From Naegleria gruberi (taxonomy: Eukaryota): a DNA stretch of 64,000 bases. Both the position numbers and the translations under genes were made by a program. The notes beneath the pieces are model-generated. The model had not been told where the DNA came from and searched no databases. It worked only from the letters and a program-made list of their open reading frames with translations. Below, piece after piece: positions 10,247-20,633 of this stretch (the first letter of the stretch is position 1; the number at the start of each line of letters is the position of its first letter). Where the stretch lies: NCBI GenBank assembly GCA_000004985.1, contig GG738845.1, one strand, 5' to 3'.

Positions 10247-12787
10247 TTAGAGTTCGTCTTTCTTTTCAGTTTCTTCTTGATTCACTTCTTCTGGTTGAGT
10301 TTCACTTTGAGGAGGTATGACAGTTTCATTCTTTTCTATTGTTGTTTCTGGTTTTGGTACAGGTTTTTTGGCCAAAATTAATGTACGTTCAGAAACCTTA
10401 CCACATTCTTTTTTAATTTCAGCTGCTAAAACTGTTGGAGCTTCAAAAAGGGGGAGCTTGTCTTGTTTGGAAATAGTATCACTTAAATACTTTTCTTTTT
10501 CTGTTATCAAATCTAAAAGTTCTTGTCTCTCTTCGTCAGTAATATGCTTTTGGTTATCTTTCATGTACTTAACAGCTTGATTGGTTACATTAAAAATATT
10601 TTTACAAAAACCAACAACTTCCTTTCTGGCTCTATGCTCCCTGTGTCTATCGTGGATTGGATTTGTAAAATCAGTAATAGTTCTGAGTTTTGTATTGTAA
10701 GTATCAACAACAGATTGATCCACAGTTCCTTCATCATAATTATCACTCAACCATACCTCCAATTCATCTAAAGCTTTGTTGATATTATTCTGTTCTGTAA
10801 CTGTAAAATATGGTTTAAATTCAGGATTGTCAAGAATCTTGTCTCTTGTACCATATAATGTTGCTTCTAATGTATTTCTGGCTGCAGAGATTTTTCTTTT
10901 TAAGGATTCATATTTTTCAACATTGTTAATCTTTTCTCTGGATGCTTTTAATTGTTCTGGAGTTAATTGTTTAACAAGAGATACCTCTGTCATTTTGAAA
11001 TCTAAATCAACTTTGGTAGTTTTAGTATCTTTTTTGTAGGTTGGTTCAGGTTTAGTTTCATTTGAACCATCCTTGATTGTATCGTTGGTTTCGACTCTAA
11101 CAGTAACTGTTTCTTCAAGAATAGCATTAACAGAATCTAATTCAACAAGGCCATATCTATTGAGTTTGAAAGTAGCCTTTACCTTTTTTTTCTTACCACG
11201 TTCATCCTCAAAAGTCCAATTAGACATTGTCTTTGTTACACCATTAATTTGATAAGTAGAAATAATAGAGTTTTCAGTAGTGTAAGATTTTGGAATGGAG
11301 TTTGGAGAATATTTCAATGTGATAGAAAAATCTTCCGTTCTTGGTACAGTAATTGTTTTCTTGGAATCAATTTCATCATTTGAATTAAATAAATTAATAT
11401 CCTTATCACTTCCAGATAGAGCAAAATTAATTTGATATGGAGTAATATCAACAAGTTTAAATGTTTTGACATGGAATGATGGAGAATTTGAAGCTCCAAA
11501 GAAACTTGCACCCATAGCAATTGCTTCATCTGCATTAAGACTATAACTCAAACTTAATTTGTTTGCAAATTTGGATAATCTTTCTTGAATTGCTGGAATT
11601 CTAGATGAACCTCCAGACATTTCAAAATAATCAATATCATCCATTGTTAAGTTGGCAGTTATAAGAGCTTCCTTGATTGGATCAACTAGTCTTAAAAGTA
11701 AACTCTCACTCAACTTTTCAAAATCTTCACGAGTAACTTTCATAGAGAGATCTCTGTCGTTATAAAGGCTTTCAATAGACAAGTGTGCTTCATTATTAGC
11801 GCTCAAGATATGTTTAAGTCTTTGAGCCTCTTCAACAAGTCTGGTTGCTGGTCTTTTTTCAACCCTTGGATCTTGCTTATACTTTTCTATGAATTTTTCA
11901 GCAAAATAGTTGGCCAAAACATTATCAAAATATGCTCCACCTAACTTTTCATCTGAAGCAACACCTAAAACCTTAATATTACCAAGACTATTCTTTTCCT
12001 TATTTTGAGAATATTCAACAACACTTACAGTTGTTGAAATGGATCCAATATCATAAAATAAAGTAATCATTCTTGGTTTTGTTAGCTCTTTGATGGTTTT
12101 AGTATTCTTAATACCATATTGTAAAGCAGTGGCAGCATGATCATGAATCAAAGCCAATACCTTAACGTTGGCAATAGATGCTGCGTCTAAAATGGCTTGT
12201 CTTTGTGAAATTGTAAAGAAATGTGGAATAGAAATTACAGTGTCAACAACTGGAGAACCTTTGCTGATATCATCCGCTAATTGTTTAATGTAGAGAAGAA
12301 TCATTGATAAAAGTTCCTCTGGACTATAAGAAACACTATTAGAAAATTTGACATCAATTGTTCCTCTTTCTTCATTCTTAACGAGTGATACTGGTACTTT
12401 CAATTCATTATAGCGTGTTAAAGTTTCATTCATTTCCAAATTATAATTCTTTCCCAATAGGAAATTCATGAAACGTAACATTTTTTCAGGGAAACGGGCT
12501 ACCATAGTATATGCAGCCTCTCCTACATATCTATCTTCATCTCTAAAACCGATAATATTTGAAGTTTTACGTTTAGATTGTTCATTTAGTACCAAATCGA
12601 TTGGAGAGCCTGATTTAGCAATGCCAATCTTCAACCACCTGGAACCAAGATCAATACCAATCAAAGGTCCTTGTTGGGAAGATGATATGAATAAACAAAC
12701 AATTAAAATCACAACCAAAATGGAATGGGTAATTATTTTGGATTTGTTGATACCTCCTCTTTGAGGTGGTAAAGAGTATCCGATCAT
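10247..12787 (-). CDS. ER-lumenal Hsp70-family chaperone, Grp170/HYOU1/Lhs1-like (846 aa)
   Basis: N-terminal signal-peptide-like hydrophobic segment, then IGIDLGSRWLKIG (Hsp70 phosphate-1 motif). Large Hsp110/Grp170-type C-terminal extension. C-terminus ends KDEL. Single exon, ATG at 12787. Confidence 0.8.
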   Translation of the reverse strand: MIGYSLPPQRGGINKSKIITHSILVVILIVCLFISSSQQGPLIGIDLGSRWLKIGIAKSGSPIDLVLNEQSKRKTSNIIGFRDEDRYVGEAAYTMVARFPEKMLRFMNFLLGKNYNLEMNETLTRYNELKVPVSLVKNEERGTIDVKFSNSVSYSPEELLSMILLYIKQLADDISKGSPVVDTVISIPHFFTISQRQAILDAASIANVKVLALIHDHAATALQYGIKNTKTIKELTKPRMITLFYDIGSISTTVSVVEYSQNKEKNSLGNIKVLGVASDEKLGGAYFDNVLANYFAEKFIEKYKQDPRVEKRPATRLVEEAQRLKHILSANNEAHLSIESLYNDRDLSMKVTREDFEKLSESLLLRLVDPIKEALITANLTMDDIDYFEMSGGSSRIPAIQERLSKFANKLSLSYSLNADEAIAMGASFFGASNSPSFHVKTFKLVDITPYQINFALSGSDKDINLFNSNDEIDSKKTITVPRTEDFSITLKYSPNSIPKSYTTENSIISTYQINGVTKTMSNWTFEDERGKKKKVKATFKLNRYGLVELDSVNAILEETVTVRVETNDTIKDGSNETKPEPTYKKDTKTTKVDLDFKMTEVSLVKQLTPEQLKASREKINNVEKYESLKRKISAARNTLEATLYGTRDKILDNPEFKPYFTVTEQNNINKALDELEVWLSDNYDEGTVDQSVVDTYNTKLRTITDFTNPIHDRHREHRARKEVVGFCKNIFNVTNQAVKYMKDNQKHITDEERQELLDLITEKEKYLSDTISKQDKLPLFEAPTVLAAEIKKECGKVSERTLILAKKPVPKPETTIEKNETVIPPQSETQPEEVNQEETEKKDEL

Positions 12788-13118
12788 TCTTTTTTTGAAA
12801 ATTACTATTGTCTAAAACTTTGAGTTTGTAATCGTTTCGGTGTTTGTATTGGTTCTTGTTGTATTTTTTTGATTTTTTGTTTTAAATTATCGGAAGGATT
12901 CCTTTGAGTGCTAATAAAACACGTGTTCGGGAAGACGTATTGTGTGGACTGGATTTTGTTTAGATTTTTTCATATTATGCTAGTCATTGCTACTAGCTAA
13001 CAACATTATAATTGTTGTTTTTAAATTTTAAATTGGACGAATTTATTATCTTACTAGTACAATATCAATACAAGTAATTTTCTTCTTATTACCTCCCAAA
13101 GTCACAAACAATTAAAAA

Positions 13119-16100
13119 ATGCTGACAACCATAGAACATCAGTACGAGGCACAAATTTCCAAACTCAACTCGTCAATGAGTTCGGGGGTTGTTGGCAGTA
13201 TCAAAAAGAGTCATAGTGGACTTCCTATCCAAAATATCAGATGGTTATCAACTATGAATCTATTGAACAAACCATCTGTTCTAGTATCAAATAATGTGAT
13301 TTCATCCAATGCTGTTGGTGGGATAACAAATGTAAATTTACAATCATCGTCACTATCTAGTGGAGTATCATCAGCACATTCTAATTTATTATCGGCTCAA
13401 CTTATTTCTGATCCGTTATTTCTGTATAGTAATGTTAATAGTAATCAATCAAATTCTCCTTCATCTATTTATTCTAAACAAGATGTAATCTTGGAACAAT
13501 TATATACTAGTAATACTTCACCAACAACATCTAGAAGTGACAAACAAGAAAAGAGCAAAACATTTACCAAACAATTTTCCTTTGATATGCATATAGCAGA
13601 AATGGGAGGTAAAAGTGCCTCTACTTCCAATTCAATATTTAGTAACCAAAACGTAAAGAATATTCTGGTTGACCCACAATTAGAAGAGTTACTAAACCGT
13701 TATAGATCACAAATTACTTGTATTAACACTTCTGATAATGGAAAGTTTGTCGTTTTTGCTATTAAAACCAATGAAACATCCTCTAATAATAGTAATTCTA
13801 CACCAGTAGTCTCAAAACCTAATATTTTAATCATTATTTACTCTAGAAGCCAACAAATTCAAAATATGGTTAATAATTTAAACAAAACTAATCAAAATTC
13901 CCAACCATCCATGTCTCAAAAGATAAAAACATATTTTAATGGATCTAGTAATTTAGATTCGTCAGACTCCAAAAAAACAAAGAAAGGTAATCTTGGCCAT
14001 TTATTAGGACAAATTAAAGTAGTTCAACCTCCTCGTGGTATGCAAGAAATGGACGGATTGAGTTGGAGAAAAAAATTAAAAAGTGTTGAAACACTAAATA
14101 GAAACATAAATGAAAGAAATATTTCAAAGGGAAACATGGGAGATAGTAACGATTTTATTAAGGGAAGCAGTCATACTAACCAACCAAGTAATACTATTAA
14201 TATTTCTCAACTTCCTCCTGTTTCTGTCAAACAAATTTTTATTTCTAATGATGGTTATAATGTTGTTTGTGTAACAGAAAATAATGATATTTGGTTATAT
14301 GATTGTTTCCCATCAAGTAGATCAAATATTGCTAATCTATTTAAATATGAAAATTCAATGTTTAGGATTAATAATAGTGGGAATCTAAATAATTCTACCA
14401 ATATGTCATCAAGATCGAGATCAGCATCTTCTCCACAATTTGGAAATGTTGCATCATCTTTTGGAAGTACAAATACTGATAGTAAACGAATGAGTGACTC
14501 TAGAAATACCATTAATGCCACCTTACTTCCTTCCAGTAATATAGATAGTATGCTTGAAGAGGAGACTTTTCACAGATATTTAATGAAAACAAATAATCAG
14601 GGATTATTTGCAATAGATGATTTTGGTCTTCACTACCAACCAAGAAATTCTGTTGTTGGTAATGAATTACTACCTACACCCAGAGAGCCCATTGTTACAG
14701 TTTCAGGCATGAATATTCACTCTTCTAGTTCATCATCAATTGGTAACTATCTTCAGTATTCAATTGAAGAATGGACTATTTTACCATCACATTTAGATGG
14801 AGTAGACAATGTAAATTACAGGTCTAAAGAAGGGACAGATCAAAAACAAGTTCTACTCCCAAATGAAGATATTCATTTTGACATCAAATTTTGCCACAGC
14901 CCTATCCATGGAAGATTTTGCCAGATTAGCTCGGCTATTGTAAGCAAAATGTTTGTGAAATATGAAATTTACAAAAAAATGCAATCAATGTTCCAAGCTA
15001 ATATTGAATCACCTGAAAAGAAAAAAGTTAATGCAAGTTTGGGAGTTATTAATAGTAACAATGCTTCTATTATGAAACATGAGGGTTTTTCTCCTTTAGA
15101 AAATCTTCCTTCCAGTTCATCCCTTTTAAAAGAGCAAGGTTTAGTTATAAAGGATAAAAATAAGAATAGCGATGATGAAGATATTGGTCCAAACATAAAA
15201 GCAAGACGAAGCCCTTCAGTATTTAGACATATGGCATCAGCAAATATTTCTACATCAGCAGATATCAGTGATTCAGATTCAGATTCTTCAGATACTCCAA
15301 CATTGTCCAGACAAAACTCTCTTGTTTCCCTTGCTAACAGCGTTAAAATACCAAAACTTAAACTTAATTTTGGAAGTAGTGAAAAGAAAACAAATGATAG
15401 AGTATCTGTCAAAAGAGAAATGGCTTTTGAAACTGTAAGAAACGATAATCAACTCTCAAAAAAGTCTAGTAATAAGAATATAGGAAGAATGTCCATGATT
15501 CTATCAAGATCAGGCCTTGCTTCTGCATTTGATACATCCTCTTCTGGAATATCTACACCAAGATTAACAAGTAGAGTTGGTACATTTTCTGGTGCATCAG
15601 CAGATCAGGTTATTCCAACTCTTTTTGATGATTTTAATAATTTACCAACATCATTTCAATCAAAAGATTTGGAAACACCAAATATTCTCTCTAGATGTTT
15701 ATTGATATCGAATTGTACTGTATTCCTTTCAAAAAGAAAGTTTATCAAGTCTGCAAATAGTTTTAACACTAATCCTATTCCAACACCAAGATTCCCAATA
15801 ATTGACCACTGTCCATTTCATTTAAGCATTGATAGGACCTATACTGTTCTTGATAAGGTTTTAGATGAAGAGGATGTCTCAATGACAAAAGTATTTCATG
15901 GAGCTGCTAAACAAAAATCAATACCTGAATGTATTGTAAAATGGGATAACGAAACGTCTATGTTATGCGTTGTAGCAAACAGTTTTGATCATAGTTCGTT
16001 ATTTGAATCAAAAGTATTTTTTTATTCACCAATTAGAAGAAAATCTGTTTGTGTAGTGTATGGCACAAAGTCATTAGAGTGTTTACCAATGAGTAGAACT

Positions 16101-19100
16101 TCAAGAAATCCAACAGAGCTTGTTTCATTTTCAGTCCAAGACATGTGTTGGTCAAATAATAGTTTATTCATAATATTAGTTGATGCTAGAGGAAATATGT
16201 CTATGATTAGTAGACTTAATGAGTTTATGCTTATGAAGGATAAGCAATTATTACAACAAAGTGCAATCTCTAATTTTGTACCATTTTACAAAAATCATAG
16301 TGAAAGTAGAGATTTAGAAACTACAAAATTTTCTGTTAAATCTCACCCGTACCAAGGACAATTTATTGTTTCTGATGGATTTAAGGTAAAACTATTTAAT
16401 TTTGTTTCAGAAAGAGATGAAATTGATTTAACGACCATTCTTTCTTCTTATCACGGTTCTTGTTATGGTATTGAACAATATATTTTCCATGCGACCTATG
16501 ACAAAAAATCAAGAGTTGATACCGCTTTGGATATTTGGAGATTATGTGTCTCTCATCCTCAACTTTCCAGATTCCAAAAGCAAAATCATAATTATTTAGA
16601 GTTTGTAATCAAAAAGATGAGTGAGTATATACTCAACCATGGAGATTCCTTCTCCAAAAAAATAACCTCATTCTTTGAAATTCTTCAAGACAGCTTGGAT
16701 TGGAGTATTAATGGCGTTCAAAATCCAAGTTTTTTGCTTCCATATCTTATCAAACTTACAGAGATGGTTTTCAGAAAGTTTTTAAAAAAGGAAAAAAAGC
16801 AAAACCTTCAAAGATTAGCTAACTTTTTGGAAGAAACAGAGGCCAAATGTAATGAGCTTGTTCATTATTGTCAATCTTGTTTTGTTTGGGATACAAATAC
16901 TTTGGGCGATTCAGAAGCTGACTCTATTCGTCAATCTCCTATCATACTATTTGATTGTTGGGTAGAGCTTGGACAAAGTATTCAAACCGCTCTAAATAGA
17001 ATGAAAAATAAGCCTAATACTTCTGATATAAAGGCAACAGTGTTAAAGATTATTTCATCTGAAAAGAAGGCTAAGAGTGAGGCTGGAATGATTGAGAGTA
17101 GCAGTTCTGACGAAAGTGATCAAGAGATTAGAAAAAAACCTGCTAATAATATTATTTATGATAGCGATGAAAGTGATACATCAACAGAATATTTAGGTGA
17201 TGATATTGAAGATTTCTCTGATACTGCCAAAGTAATTTCTTCTGATGAAGAAAATGAAGATCTTGAAAATACCTTGAAAAAACTTTTAGAGCTGGTGATT
17301 AAAAAGTTGAAAAATCGTACAGCTTACTTGAGCAACAAAACTTCTGTTAATGGAACATTCCTAGAAAGATATTCGACTACATTGAATCCAAAAAGCAAAA
17401 GTATTTTCAGATTCACTAATCAAGATGTAAAATATTTACTGACTGGTAACAACCAATACATGTTAGGAAATTACAAAAAGGCTATCAAATACTATATGAA
17501 AATACATGAATCAAATGAAGCCCAATCACCTACCACATCAGCTACAATTCCATCAACAGCTCTTTCTTATTACACAAAATCTACAGTACTTTTTTTAGCA
17601 AATTTATTCATGTATGATATTACAGAAATATTTAGAGTTTTAAATGATCAAATGCATACAGGTATCGTTGATTTAGTTAGAAGCTCTGGAGTTCTTCTTG
17701 AACATCATAAAAATAATATTAGTAAGGGTTTGGGATCTGGTGTCCTTAGATCAACAGCCAATATGAATGTTATTAATGCAGTAATTACTTTACTAACTGC
17801 TCTATATGAAAAGAAAAATGTTTACATATTGTCACCTGTTTTTTATCAAATAATTGTTGATAAAAATACTGGTAATGATAATAAGAATATTTCTATAGAT
17901 TTAGTAATTGTAAAAGATATTACTTCCAAGCAAACAACAAATAGTATTGCCTACTATTATATTCCTCTAGATATGTCAACTTTTAAAACAAATTTTGAAA
18001 ATGAAATGAAAAAAAGATCAGTCAATGGAAAATCCATTGTAAATCAGTTATTGCTTGAAACTGGTAGAATACATGAGGCTATACGTTTTTGTTTGAGATT
18101 TGATTATAAGAAAGCTTACACCATCTTTCTAGTGACAAATGGAATGCTTGGAAGTAAAGAAACAACAGATACGTCTAACAATAGTGGTAACAATTCTGCA
18201 AAACCTGTACCAACCAAAAAATCATCCACACCAGGTCAAAAGAAAAATCAATACGATATTCAACAAATTGTACATATTTACAAAGAACTTTTGTACGAAT
18301 ATCTAGATAAGGAAGATAGCAAAGAGGTAAACACTATTCTAAGCACTACTGATTTTTTCATTCCAAAACAAAGTGATGAATTGAGAGTTGGTGCCATTGA
18401 AACATACCTCAGAAAATTGCAACTAATGTTAAAAGAAACATGTTCCTTGCTATTTTTAAGTAAGGAAGATTTTACTTCTGTTGTTACAACAAACGATAAT
18501 GATACGAGAAGGAGAAATAGATCTTCTGTTCTTTCTAAAGAAAAAAAGCTAACTAGGAAATTGGAAGATTTACTTGATAGAGAGTTTATGAAAAGTGAAT
18601 CATATTTTCTTTCGAACTTGTGTCAGTTCATAACTTCCCAAAAACCATCGAAGCCTACACGAAAACAAAGAGAATATTATCTTTCCTTATTGGATGCTAT
18701 TAGATCAGGTAATTTATTACCACACATTACCTTCAGAGAATATAGACTGAAATATTTGAGAAGAATTAATGAAGATGTTGTTGCCTATGATGAATCAGAT
18801 GGAATCCCTTTTTCCACACCAGTAACGACCAACATAAGAGGCGATAATATTAGTAATCTTCCCCTTATTACTGTAATCGAAAAAGAATGTGAAAAAAGCG
18901 TTAGATTTTTATTGATGGATCAATTGATTATCTTTTCAAACATTCCAAACCTTTCATTTATTGAATTACTAAAGTATTACCAAAACGACTTTTGTAAGAT
19001 GAATGGATTTTCTAAAGGTTTATCATCACAAGAGAAACAAAACCAATTGAGTCTCTATATCAAACCATTTAGATTTTTGTGTAGATTTTTATGGTATTGT

Positions 19101-20591
19101 CATATTACTGAGGAGATGACTTCCATAACTTCAAATAATAGGACAAATCCGTTTAAATTACTTTATAATCACTCTAAAAAATTGGAAACAGAGTCTGATA
19201 TTTCTGATTTAACTGATACCCTTGTGTATACTTGTGAATTGTTTGCCTTTTTGCTTGACTTTAGAGAATTTTTTACTAGATCATTTTTAGAATCTACTGT
19301 ATTAACAATTTTAACTGTGGCCATCAATATTTCACACAACACTAAAGATGAGGATGATATGAAATCTCCTAGAAGAGAAACAGATACTTCTCAACTACCT
19401 CACACAGAAATTCAAAACGATACAACAAAGAAAGGAAAGAGAAATATGATAGCAGAAACTGTTTGTAGAATATTAGCTAAGCACATGCATGATTCCCAAC
19501 AAGTAGTTCCTCATCTTGGAAAGAGATATGTACAACTTTCAAAAGCCCTAGATGAGAATATTTTAGAATCTAAAATCAACGAGTTTGAGGCTTTTAGACA
19601 ATACAAATCAGAAAATACCCAAGTAACAGATCAAGATAATGGTTCTTCAATTTTATGGACCTGTGAAATTGAAGAGTCATACTGGACCTTTTTACAAGTA
19701 TTTTTCAATGACGTTTTGAGTAACGCTGGATCGAATGCTAAGGATTTAATGACTAATATAACAGCAGCTATTTCTCAAGGAGAAAATTCAACTAGTTCTC
19801 TAATTGTAGACTCTCTTAACACTTTGAAACATTCCTTGGCAAAGATTAAAAACACCAAAACTACCAGTGGAACTTCAATCAAACCATCAACAACAGATGC
19901 TGACTCTAACAGATCACAAGAGCAAAGAGATATCACAAGACAACTTTCAGCTAAAGAATTGATCAATGACTTTAACAATATGGTTTCACAAAACAATAAT
20001 GGTGATTTAAGTGGAAGAAAGATTATTCCAAACAGAAGAACTAAGTCAGTCATTAGTACTAATACCACCATTAAGTATGAAGATAAAGTTGAAGAAACTG
20101 ATGACACTTACAATCTCCAAACTACTGAAAAAAGAAACGATTACGAAAATTCAAATGAAAAATATCCAACAACCAAGAAGAAAACTCAAACTCTGGATGA
20201 TCCTGCTTTGGGTTTAATTATTGACAGTATTTCAAATCCACAACAGCAAGTTCCTCCACTAAATATAAACAAGGAGGACGAGAAGAAAAAGCCATTCTCA
20301 ATCAAGAACTTTTTCAAATCAAAAGAGAGTCCAAGAAGTAGTTCCACAATTTCCTCTTCAAATGGCAACAAATTGAAAGATCTTACATCTCCAAGAGCAA
20401 ACACAATTTCTTCCACACCACCAACACATAAAAAACGAGCAAATAAGACAGTAATGGATGATGGAAATATTATTGGAGAAACTATTTGTGGGGATAGTCC
20501 AGCATCACACGAAATTGCAATCGAACACGATATTGATTCACCAGAAAGTGATGGTGAACAGACAAAATCCTACACAACAATCCACATCTAA
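13119..20591 (+). CDS. Very large (2490 aa) low-complexity protein of unknown function, single exon
   Basis: Uninterrupted 7.47-kb ORF, ATG in aaaaATG context at 13119, TAA at 20589-20591. N/S/T-rich segments alternate with structured-looking blocks. No family recognised by eye. Confidence 0.6.
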   Translation: MLTTIEHQYEAQISKLNSSMSSGVVGSIKKSHSGLPIQNIRWLSTMNLLNKPSVLVSNNVISSNAVGGITNVNLQSSSLSSGVSSAHSNLLSAQLISDPLFLYSNVNSNQSNSPSSIYSKQDVILEQLYTSNTSPTTSRSDKQEKSKTFTKQFSFDMHIAEMGGKSASTSNSIFSNQNVKNILVDPQLEELLNRYRSQITCINTSDNGKFVVFAIKTNETSSNNSNSTPVVSKPNILIIIYSRSQQIQNMVNNLNKTNQNSQPSMSQKIKTYFNGSSNLDSSDSKKTKKGNLGHLLGQIKVVQPPRGMQEMDGLSWRKKLKSVETLNRNINERNISKGNMGDSNDFIKGSSHTNQPSNTINISQLPPVSVKQIFISNDGYNVVCVTENNDIWLYDCFPSSRSNIANLFKYENSMFRINNSGNLNNSTNMSSRSRSASSPQFGNVASSFGSTNTDSKRMSDSRNTINATLLPSSNIDSMLEEETFHRYLMKTNNQGLFAIDDFGLHYQPRNSVVGNELLPTPREPIVTVSGMNIHSSSSSSIGNYLQYSIEEWTILPSHLDGVDNVNYRSKEGTDQKQVLLPNEDIHFDIKFCHSPIHGRFCQISSAIVSKMFVKYEIYKKMQSMFQANIESPEKKKVNASLGVINSNNASIMKHEGFSPLENLPSSSSLLKEQGLVIKDKNKNSDDEDIGPNIKARRSPSVFRHMASANISTSADISDSDSDSSDTPTLSRQNSLVSLANSVKIPKLKLNFGSSEKKTNDRVSVKREMAFETVRNDNQLSKKSSNKNIGRMSMILSRSGLASAFDTSSSGISTPRLTSRVGTFSGASADQVIPTLFDDFNNLPTSFQSKDLETPNILSRCLLISNCTVFLSKRKFIKSANSFNTNPIPTPRFPIIDHCPFHLSIDRTYTVLDKVLDEEDVSMTKVFHGAAKQKSIPECIVKWDNETSMLCVVANSFDHSSLFESKVFFYSPIRRKSVCVVYGTKSLECLPMSRTSRNPTELVSFSVQDMCWSNNSLFIILVDARGNMSMISRLNEFMLMKDKQLLQQSAISNFVPFYKNHSESRDLETTKFSVKSHPYQGQFIVSDGFKVKLFNFVSERDEIDLTTILSSYHGSCYGIEQYIFHATYDKKSRVDTALDIWRLCVSHPQLSRFQKQNHNYLEFVIKKMSEYILNHGDSFSKKITSFFEILQDSLDWSINGVQNPSFLLPYLIKLTEMVFRKFLKKEKKQNLQRLANFLEETEAKCNELVHYCQSCFVWDTNTLGDSEADSIRQSPIILFDCWVELGQSIQTALNRMKNKPNTSDIKATVLKIISSEKKAKSEAGMIESSSSDESDQEIRKKPANNIIYDSDESDTSTEYLGDDIEDFSDTAKVISSDEENEDLENTLKKLLELVIKKLKNRTAYLSNKTSVNGTFLERYSTTLNPKSKSIFRFTNQDVKYLLTGNNQYMLGNYKKAIKYYMKIHESNEAQSPTTSATIPSTALSYYTKSTVLFLANLFMYDITEIFRVLNDQMHTGIVDLVRSSGVLLEHHKNNISKGLGSGVLRSTANMNVINAVITLLTALYEKKNVYILSPVFYQIIVDKNTGNDNKNISIDLVIVKDITSKQTTNSIAYYYIPLDMSTFKTNFENEMKKRSVNGKSIVNQLLLETGRIHEAIRFCLRFDYKKAYTIFLVTNGMLGSKETTDTSNNSGNNSAKPVPTKKSSTPGQKKNQYDIQQIVHIYKELLYEYLDKEDSKEVNTILSTTDFFIPKQSDELRVGAIETYLRKLQLMLKETCSLLFLSKEDFTSVVTTNDNDTRRRNRSSVLSKEKKLTRKLEDLLDREFMKSESYFLSNLCQFITSQKPSKPTRKQREYYLSLLDAIRSGNLLPHITFREYRLKYLRRINEDVVAYDESDGIPFSTPVTTNIRGDNISNLPLITVIEKECEKSVRFLLMDQLIIFSNIPNLSFIELLKYYQNDFCKMNGFSKGLSSQEKQNQLSLYIKPFRFLCRFLWYCHITEEMTSITSNNRTNPFKLLYNHSKKLETESDISDLTDTLVYTCELFAFLLDFREFFTRSFLESTVLTILTVAINISHNTKDEDDMKSPRRETDTSQLPHTEIQNDTTKKGKRNMIAETVCRILAKHMHDSQQVVPHLGKRYVQLSKALDENILESKINEFEAFRQYKSENTQVTDQDNGSSILWTCEIEESYWTFLQVFFNDVLSNAGSNAKDLMTNITAAISQGENSTSSLIVDSLNTLKHSLAKIKNTKTTSGTSIKPSTTDADSNRSQEQRDITRQLSAKELINDFNNMVSQNNNGDLSGRKIIPNRRTKSVISTNTTIKYEDKVEETDDTYNLQTTEKRNDYENSNEKYPTTKKKTQTLDDPALGLIIDSISNPQQQVPPLNINKEDEKKKPFSIKNFFKSKESPRSSSTISSSNGNKLKDLTSPRANTISSTPPTHKKRANKTVMDDGNIIGETICGDSPASHEIAIEHDIDSPESDGEQTKSYTTIHI

Positions 20592-20633
20592 CAAGATTTT
20601 TTAATAAAAATTCATAAAAAATCTTTCAAAAAA

